A DNA stretch of 63,040 bases, taken from positions 22,143,512 through 22,206,551 of the forward strand of contig JASCQW010000190.1 of NCBI GenBank assembly GCA_030264375.1. Reading direction: 5' to 3'. The notes beneath the pieces were generated by a model. It saw nothing but the letters and a program-made list of their open reading frames with translations. It ran no database searches and was not told where the DNA came from. Both the position numbers and the translations under genes were made by a program. Positions 53,963 through 63,040 of this stretch are shown piece after piece (positions within the stretch are counted from its first letter, which is position 1; the number at the start of each line of letters is the position of its first letter). This DNA comes from Carcharhinus longimanus. Lineage: Eukaryota.

Positions 53963-54939
53963 CTAAATGATAACGCAGTTCTAAACGCTCATCATGTATT
54001 AATTCTAAAATCTGGGTTAACCTACTCAACGGAGGAATGAACTCACAGCCCATTCTGAAATTACAGGAAGCATCAGGTGCTCCAGGATGATTCAAGATAC
54101 TGTTTGTGTATTTCAGCAAAGTACCCATGTTTTAACATGTTCATTTCTTACCTCTCCTAATTTTTGAAGTATTTACTTTCCACATTGTTGGCCCAAATCA
54201 CAACTAACCTGCATTGTTATTACCTAAGGAGCAAAATTACAATTTGTGGTCCTAAATAATTGCTCACTTATTTAATAGCAATCTAGGGTTTTAAAAGTAT
54301 AAAATGTCACTGCAGAATACTGCTGAAAAGAAATATAGATCAAATGATTTTTAGAAATCCGAAATCAAATGCTCATTTCTCTTTTTCAAAAATGTGTGTT
54401 TGAAGTATCACAAATTACATCGGCTTCCTAGGTTAATGGCTGGTCTCTTCCAGTATTGGCAGCTTGCTAACTGATATAAACAAAAATATAATTCCCAGTT
54501 TGACACACAAAGAATCTCTGACAGAAGTTACTCTTGGTATAATGTCTAACCTAGCCATTAAATAAAGCTGGTCTTGAAAGCGCACAAAGGTATCATTATA
54601 CCTTGTTGAATTTACTTAAAAAAAATCACTCAGCTGTTATGAATAGCAGATCGATACTACCCTGAAAATGAATGTTGTCATACTTATAACAATGTAAATT
54701 GTCAATCTTTTGCAAAAAATTTCCCTAGAAAAAGGAAATAGTGCCACATTAAGGAAGGTTCCATTTAGATACAGAGCAGAATTTTTCCAAAAACAATAAA
54801 GATGAGAAAACAGGAACGATCCACACCAGTCTCTCAGGCATGTGCTGCACCGCAACTGTCAACAGTCACTTTTTTGGAGAATAACGAGATGCGTGCCTGT
54901 ACTCATTTCACAAAGGCACTTCGATCTTTCAGTGCACCG

Positions 54940-55550
54940 GGAGGCCCCTCCCTTCCCCCACGAATGTCAGGACCGCCTCCCGCCCACACCATTGGCAGAA
55001 TGTTCTTCAACCTCTTCCCCGACACGAGTCCATAGGATCAATACCCTCCAAATGGTAATCCCATGATGACTTCCGACATGCTCCCCATAACGATCCCTGA
55101 CATGCCCCCCCAGCAGGACTCCTGACATGATCCAGCCCTGCACAACTCCTCCGTCATACCCCCTAACCCTTTACACTGCCACTGGCAGACTAGTGGTTCC
55201 CAGCTTGCAGTACCAGGTCTCCTAGTGGGCACTGCCTGATGGGCGCCATCCAGCCACGCCACCTGGGAGTTTCCAAGGTCTCTGAGCCCCCAGCGTGGTC
55301 ATCACAGCAAGTCTCTGGAAGTGGAGACCTGTAGTGTTTCTCATTGACATGACCTCTGGCTGGAGAAGTGGGATTATTCTGGGAAGGGAGGTCGATTGTG
55401 TGCCAAACTCGCAAATGAGATTGAAATTCAGTCAATTTCATGCAAATTGGCCTCACACCCTTCAGGGCGTGGTTGACTTCCCGCCATTGGGAAGGTGCTG
55501 GGACGATCGCAAACTGTTTGGAGCCAAGCACAAAACCGATTTTTAGGCCC
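54940..55550. mobile_element. GC-rich MITE/DNA-transposon-like repeat
   Basis: Sharp GC/CpG-rich block in AT-rich intron, containing CATGCAAAT; style shared with other blocks in the window. Confidence 0.4.
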
Positions 55551-57360
55551 ACACACTATTCTTTGGGATTGGAGTAATCTGGTAACGTTTTGAGAAAAAT
55601 TAAGTTCACATTTTGTCATGGCAGAGCTTCTTTTGTCGTGAAAGGTTTCAAAAATTTATTCCTGTTCTTTGACAAGTTAGGACTTAAAGTAGCATTTCTC
55701 CAAAAGAATGAATAAAATGAAATCCTCTTAATTTATAATTTTGAAATAAATAAAACAAGAAATATTGTGTGTGTTTTATGTTAATCACATCTTGGCAATG
55801 GTCAAATGGCTTGAAACACTGTATCCACTGAATGGTAAAAAGAAGAAAAGAGTGACACCAGCACGTTCATCTGCAGTTTGCTTCTCTCAATTACGTCCCT
55901 TTATTTTCTCCTCAATTGGTTTTTCCAACACACCATTGCCTGAAGCAAATCCAAACTCAGTGGAGAAAAATGCTCATCAAGCACTCCTGAATGAACTTTG
56001 CTGATCTGATCAGAAAGCATATCCCCAGATTGCAATACTGCCAAATTAATCATGTGGCAGCTTCAGATGGTTTTCAAGTGCTTCATTGACATGACAAAAA
56101 CAATATTTACTGTAATAAATTGAAATTCTGATTTCTCCAAGTATCTCTCCCTTTTAAAATGATTGATAGAGCATAATGGTTTATAGCAGATCATTTCAAA
56201 CCTTTATGTAACTTTTTTTGCCAATGCCCAATTCAATTCTTGGACTTCTTCAGTTTGCAATATCCTGTAACATTTCACCGACCAATGTAGGCAATCCCTC
56301 AATATAAAGCCTATCATAACTCTTCATAATCTTAGAACTAAATATGCTGAATATGTTCCTTTATCTGTTCTAAAGCATCAATCATGCTAAACAGAAGCTG
56401 ATTGTCACTGAAATGGTCTTCACTCTCAAGTGAATTAGTGGATTCACCACTCTTTGAGGTCAGAATGTATTCCAGACTGAAAATCCTTCATTGAAAAAAT
56501 TTTGCTCGAGGACCAATTTTCTAACACTAACAGTTTGTAAGAGGAACGAAGCGTAGAACTGAAAACTCCCTTGTCTGAGCTCATAAATGGACTACTGTAC
56601 ACATTCCAAATTACATGTTTACCAAACATTACTTTCTCATATTTATTTTTGCTGAACTTTTCTAAACTTTATTCCAGAAAGTTTTATGAAGTTATACAAA
56701 TGAACTTTTCACAAGGTAATTCTGAAGTTGAACTAAATTGTTCTCAAACGTTTATTTAGCTTTATGTACTAATTTTCTCAATGTCTTTGGGTGAAAATGG
56801 ATCACACTTACTGATTGTGATAGGTTTTATGAAACTGAGATTACACCATACAAAACTTTAGTTATGATAACATAGAAGTTCCTAACAGAGAGTCATTGAT
56901 ATAAATAATCCGTCTGCAAATGAAGAGCACATAGTATTAGTGCCTACTGCATAAACGGACGTAAAAATCTTACCATCTTAGGCGTGGGGATGGGGGGGGG
57001 CATCTGCTAGTGCTATGGAGGGGGGTTTAAACTAACTTGCCAGGTGTGTGTGAATCAGGAGAAAATATCAGAATGTAATACCAAAGCGCACAGAATACTG
57101 GGAGAGATAACATTAGAGCAAAGGATACCAAGTTATTAGGTGGGGTCAGAGTAACAAAGAGGCATGAGCTGTAGTTTGCTTTCAACATATAAAAGCTTCT
57201 CACAAAAGGTGCTATTTTTCACTGAAACCTTAGCACAAAGACTTCTCCTATGCAAAACTCCTCTGGTCTAAACACCATTCTGTGAGAATGGTAAGTAACC
57301 GAAAGTTCCTTTGCAAATAAAACAAAAATCAGACTACACATAGGGAAATCTTGAAAAAAA

Positions 57361-57784
57361 AGACTTCCACTTATATAGCGCCTTGCAAGACCTCATGATG
57401 TCCCAAAATGCTTTATAGCCAATAAAGTACATTGGAAGTGTAGTTGCCGTTACAATGTTGAAATTGTGGCAGCCAATTTGCGCACAGCAAGCTCCCACAA
57501 AAAGCAACATAATAATGTTGAGATAATCTGTTTTACTAATGTCAGTTGAAGGTTACATATACATTGGCCAGGACACTGGGGATAATTCTCGATCTCTTCA
57601 AAATCATCCCATGGTAACACTAATGCCCATCTGAGAGTGCAGTCTCCACTGTCTCATCCAAAAGGAGTTTTGTATTGCTCTAGAGGGTCAGCCAACATTT
57701 TGTGCTCAAGTTTCCAGAGTGAAATTTGAACCCACAACCTTCTCATTCAGAGATTAAGTGCACTACCACCAAACTTCGGCTGAC
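57361..57784 (-). mobile_element. DeuSINE (SacSINE1-like), best-preserved copy
   Basis: TTATATAGCGCCTT..GCAGCCAATTTGCGCACAGCAAG..ATTGGCCAGGACAC..TTGAACCCACAACCTTCT..GGCTGAC = antisense tail, Deu domain and tRNA head. Confidence 0.78.
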
Positions 57785-58478
57785 ACAAAAACATTTGGCA
57801 GGTATCTATTTTGCTACGAGTGGGCCTTTAAATTTTATCCACTTATTTTACATTGTATTTGTATCACATGAGGTTTTTGGCACCTTTTGAATTATCTTAT
57901 TAAAATTTAGAATACATTTCACAGCACAGGGGGAACAGACAGAAAATATGAAACGCATAAGCTGATTTAAAGTAAAGGTGATGCACAGAAAGATGGTGCA
58001 GTTGAGGCAAAGGCAAAAACATAAATTTTTAGCCAGTTCTCAGAACCTCTGGAGGAAGAAGCATCTTATTTAGCATAATCTGCTGCTGTCATTGGCAGTA
58101 AATCTGCAAGAAAAATCACTGCCAAAAGTTTATCATAGATCACAGTGTTCAAGTTGACCTTTGAAGCTTCAACGTCCTTCCAAGTAATGGGGGAGTCGAC
58201 TTATATGCCATGTGTACAATAAGCATTGATGGGTGTGTGTGTGTGTGTGTGTGTATCAGTGGGTCACATTACATTAAGGTGGTATTATTTATTGAGTAAC
58301 TTAATTCAGCAAAGATACCTTCAACCAGCATCAAAACATATTAAAATCATCAAATTTATTGTCTTCGGCATCCAATGCAAAGAGTTCATTGAATTCATTG
58401 AGTCATTTTGGCTGTGGCACCATCATAAGGATCTCATTTTGGATTAGATTTGGCATATTTGGTCTCAGGATCAGCTCT

Positions 58479-59760
58479 TCACAACAAATCATCTTCTCCA
58501 TCCGTTGAATTGGATATTCCTCGCTTTTTGAACGATCTCTTGATACTTTGTACACTAGTAGCATCCCATGATTTCATAATGAAACCACACAAAATTTCAA
58601 ATGGGGCAGCATGCATATTTAGATTTTTTATCCATCATTCATTCACCTACTCCGTTTGGCACGAACATAATCTTTCAATGACTTGCTGAGGCATGCATCC
58701 AAAGGCTGAAGCACAGTCATAACTACAACAGGGGTTTTATTTCCTTACGTGTACCCCTTGATGTATTCAGTTGAATGAGATCTGAAGTTGTCCCACGCTA
58801 TTAAGTTGCAATTTTTACACAGACCAATGGGGATGCCTATTCACACATTATTGATTCATAATTTCACCTCATCCATAGAACAATTGAAGCCCTAGAGTGC
58901 AGATGGTCATTTGGCCAACTGAGTCTGCACTGACTCTCCTGAAAGAGCATCTGACCCAGACCCACTTTTCTGCCCTGACTTATAGCCCCATGCATTTACC
59001 ACAGCTAATTCACCTAACCTATACATTTTTGAACTGTGAGAGGAAACCCGAGCACCTGGAGGAAATCCATACAAACATGGGAGAATGTGCAAACTCCACA
59101 TAAAGTGTGACCTAAGGCTGGGATCAAACCCAGGTCCCTGATACTGTGGACAGCATTGCTAACCATTGTGCCACTATGCCACCCAAAATCCATCCAACCA
59201 TTATCATGGCTTTGCACAAAATCTCCCGCAGGGAACAAAATTTTCATCAGAATTCTTTTCAAGCCTTTCTGTTCTGGTTTAGCTGTTGGGCACATCAAAA
59301 TCCATGGACACTTCATCCATGTTGCTGATGTGACTGAATGGATGTTCATGCCTTTGCCACTGTTGGATGATGAACTGCTGGAAACTAGTAATTTTGATAG
59401 CAATGTATCTTTGTAGTTGGAGTGATCCTAGTCTTCTTTTACAATTATTTCATTCAATAAATAAATTCTGAAAACTTGGCTGGATTTAGGATTTGATTTT
59501 GCCCATTTCAAGGCATACATTGCATTTCTGGTGACAATATAGCATTCTGCTGATTTTGAAGGACTGTACCAATACATGCTTTTTGAGATCAGGCCAGTGG
59601 CCATGTTGTGATGGTGCAAATGGTCTTGGACAACATCTACGGGGTGGGATGCTTTTTCTTTCATTCTTGCTCCAGCTTTTCACAAACAGCAGATTCCCTC
59701 ACTGCAGCATTTATTTGCTGTGTTTGCAACTGTTCTAACTTATAGTTCAAAAACAATTTC
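58479..59760 (-). mobile_element. Fossil pogo/Tigger-superfamily DNA transposon (internally deleted transposase, SINE inserted)
   Basis: Minus-strand peptides in the expected order: HWPDLKKHV, YIVTRNAMYALKWAK (CENP-B-type HTH), PFSHISNMDE (about 59311-59341, first catalytic D), VLQPLDAC (about 58691-58714), SFKKRGISNSTDGEDDLL; stops and frameshifts. Confidence 0.78.
58875..59184 (-). mobile_element. HE1-like SINE nested in the pogo fossil
   Basis: Antisense tRNA head and central domain as in other copies. Confidence 0.85.
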
Positions 59761-59957
59761 ATACTTCACTCCTTTTGCTGGCGGATCCATGTCTGTTTGT
59801 TACTCACATACCATGCTCTGTGTAGGCATGTCTTAAGCTCCCAGGCATTTTCTTCACAACACAGCCCATACTACAACTTGATATGCCAGGTTAACTTATA
59901 CTGTCACAATCTACAGTGGATGCATTTAATTTATTTCATCTATAAGAATCCTCACAC

Positions 59958-60215
59958 TAACATAAGAACATAAGAAATAGGAGCAGGAGTAGGCCATCTA
60001 GCCCCTCGAGCCTGCCCCGCCATTCAATAAGATCNNNNNNNNNNNNNNNNNNNNNNNNNNNNNNNNNNNNNNNNNNNNNNNNNNNNNNNNNNNNNNNNNN
60101 NNNNNNNNNNNNNNNNNNNNNNNNNNNNNNNNNNTCTTTCAGAACCCTTGGATGCATTCCATCCGGTCCTGGGGACTTGTCCACAATCAGTCCCTCCAGT
60201 CTGTTGAGCACAACC
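59958..60215 (-). mobile_element. Young CR1 LINE collapsed into a gap
   Basis: (ACATAAGA)n tail; VDKSPGPDGMHPRVLK motif (ORF 59957..60217). Confidence 0.85.
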
Positions 60216-61358
60216 ACTGTTCTATGATATAAGTGTCATAACATGCATAACTGTTGACACCAATTTGTATTCATATATGTAGTAAAACACCCCAAGGTAC
60301 TACACAGTAGCAGATTCCAATAATAATCAACAAGCTAAAAGATGAGACACTAGGCCAGATATCCAAAGCTTGGTCAAAAAGATAAGCTTCAAGAAGCACC
60401 TTGAAGGATGAGATAAAAGTGATTTAAGGTGTAAATTCTGCAGCTCAGAACAAAGATAGCTGAAGATATTGCTGCCAATGATGGACGTAGGAAATGAGGA
60501 CAGAGAGCTGAAAGAACACAGAACACAGCCTATAGGACTGAAGGAGGTTACACAGAGAGTGAGGGGTGGGACCATGCAGGGATTTGAACACAAAGATAAG
60601 AACATTAAAACTGAGGCATCAATAGACCGAACTCTATTGTAGCTTCAGTGAGCACACAGGGTTGATGAATGAATAGAAGCTGGTGCAAGTGAGAAAACAG
60701 GCAATGGTTTTGCATCAGCTTAACTTAATGAATGCCTCTATTTGGGTGCATTGTTGGAAATCTATACAACTTTAAACTTAAAAATTTGAAATAGGAAAAT
60801 TAGATGCTTCTTCAGCTTTTATCTTTCAAGACAAAAGTAGAAAGGAAGTTCATCAAGTCAATTTACCTTCAGAAACATTTCAGTAAAGAACGCATACAAA
60901 ACTTCACCGCTGAGACTTCGAGCAAATGAACACTAACACAGATTGAAATCACAATTTACATAAACAAAGTATAAAAGAGCTACTTGCCAGGCTTTATAAC
61001 GGTGAAGGCAGCATCAGTTCTACAAGCAAATGAATAAAGATCCAATTGAGACTAATTGTAGAATTGAGGTTTTCAGTGTCTACCAGGAAGTCAACAACCA
61101 AGAAAACAGTACCACATAGGCATACCACATAAAAAAACACTGTTTCTTTAAACAGCAGTGATCTATAACAATTGTGCAAGTCCTACTCTGGCTTTAAAGT
61201 ATTGATTTCATAATTAAATAAACGGTTTTGTGTTTTAATAATTTAGAATTTTCTGACAGAAGTTCTCTAAGCTTCCTTTTGAACTCAAAATAGCTCTGCT
61301 TTTGCAGTGGATTGCTAAAAAGCATTTACTAACCCAAATACCAGTTTTACTGGGTACT

Positions 61359-61507
61359 TAAAGATTGTAGGTTGGGTGAATTAGCCATGGGGTAAATGCA
61401 CAGGGTTACAGAGATAGGACAGAGGGTGGGCCTGGGTATAATGTTCTTTGAGAGTCGGTGTGGACTCAATGGGCTGAATGACCTCCTGCACAGTAAGGTT
61501 CTATTCT
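61359..61507 (+). mobile_element. Partial HE1-like SINE (3' half)
   Basis: GTAGGTTGGGTGAATTAGCCATG..GGACTCAATGGGCTGAATG..CTGCAC tail. Confidence 0.65.
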
Positions 61508-63040
61508 ATTTTGTTGTGATTCTTGTGCATTCCTTTTCTAATAACCTCAGATTTTATTCCCATGAAAACAAATTAAGAATTATAATTAAAGTCAACCATT
61601 AAGGATTAGCTTTAAAGAGAGTTATTTTTCCTAGTTTTAGAAAAAGAAATTGTTTGAGAGACATTTGAAGAATATAATCACTAATTTGTTCTTTTTCCTG
61701 TTTATAATTGATGTTTTTTCTAGCCACTGCAACACCACAATATTCTGGTCCATTTAGCACAGTGGGACTTATTGCACTACAGCATCCCCCATGGCTTTTT
61801 CGATGTTTAGTTGGCAGGGCCTGGGCTAACATAAATGTAGAAGAATTTCTGCTGGTCTATACTCACCATTTTTTCTTACACTAGAGCCTTTTGTATTGTA
61901 AATTGGGTGTGGAGGGGGATCTAGATATCACAATTGTGCATTTACTTGGAAATTGTACTGCTGGTTTGCATGTAATCTAAGACCTAGGGAGAAGCATAGA
62001 GTATACAATGCCTGCAAAATGTGACTGTACACTCATGTATAAAGCATTGATGACGTGCTGCTCCATCAGAAATTAATAATGTGGTATCCAATCATCTATG
62101 ATAACCATAATGCAATGTTCTGCCACTACAACACAATGTACCCAAAGCAGAGTGAAAGTGATGCTGTGAGAAAAACTCAGTGAAAAATTCCTTCCCACCA
62201 ATCTAAAAACAAGAACCTGGGTTTATGCTGATATGGTTATCAACTGTAGAAGATATTGCAAAGGATGACATCATTTATAATAATCTTTGCATGTCAACTA
62301 TGGCTCAGTTGGTAGCACCATTGTCGCGCGGGGCAAGGGGGCGACGGGGCAACAAGGAAACGTAGAGTTGAGTGCAACCCAATCCCCAAAGAATATATCA
62401 GACAGACATTTCTCAGTAAACCGCAGGCCCCCTTTTAAACCCTCCCTTGCTTCTACCTGCTGTTCATCAGGTTAACTCCACTTCAGGGAGGACTGTGAGG
62501 ATTGTTCCTGTCCTCTCACTTCATCCATACGGTCAACCTTGCACATGGTTTCTCTCCATTGCAGCATCGCCCCACCCTCTTCCCAGTCCACCTAACAGAG
62601 CTTTACCAATATCAAAAATCTTAATGTATTGGTTCACCCCAGTTTTGTCATACATCAGGCTCATTCATGATGTACCATGGATCTCGCTCTTGCTCTGACT
62701 GATTCATCAGAATATGGCTCAATCTTCCAGCCTTATATCATACTTTGTTGCTGCTCTCTCTCTTTTCTCTGGCATTCTATATGGAACTGGCAGCACGTCC
62801 TTGGAAATATAAGCCCTGACAGACCAAAATCCCCTCTGGCTGCAGGCTCTTCCTTTATCCCCAGCTCAAGAAGCAAAGCCAGCAGCCTCTCAGCATCATA
62901 TTTTTTTTTTTTAAAAAGTGACTCAGAATGTTTCTGGGCTGGGGAAAAGGATGGAAGAAAGTTTGATTAAATTTGTGGATTATATTCTGGTCTCCATGTC
63001 CTCCACACTCCCACTACCCCCACCCACCCTCCCCCGCCAC

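Noticed and set aside
61861-61990. Strong minus-strand donor (ATG|GTGAGT) as the upstream WWP2 linker exon
   Set aside because: The exon before WW1 should end ..LPxG with GG|GT; this site does not, and the upstream sequence is not WWP2-like

Overview
Vertebrate genomic DNA, AT-rich and with 7 assembly gaps. The repeat families point to a shark, probably carcharhiniform. The whole window lies inside the HECT E3 ubiquitin ligase gene WWP2 on the minus strand. Twelve consecutive in-phase GT-AG coding exons (53942 to 829) encode WW1-WW4 and most of the HECT domain; both ends of the gene lie outside the window. The intron between the 89-nt and 160-nt exons carries miR-140 (11101-11186, minus), whose arms and loop match the mammalian sequence as I recall it. 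Upstream of the 55-nt exon lie a paired SoxE-type palindrome and a TATA-like box, and the WW4 exon opens with an in-frame Met (MIQE). Together these suggest the cartilage SOX9 > WWP2-C/miR-140 internal transcription unit exists in a cartilaginous fish. Introns contain HE1-like SINEs, DeuSINEs, CR1 and Rex-Babar LINEs, LTR-like remnants, a pogo transposase fossil, and Penelope-derived elements with minimal hammerhead ribozyme cores. There is also a 285-bp inverted duplication and a 155-bp tandem duplication. No prokaryotic-type system is present, and most ORFs in the supplied track are spurious. Exon numbers and human comparisons are from memory, not from a search.
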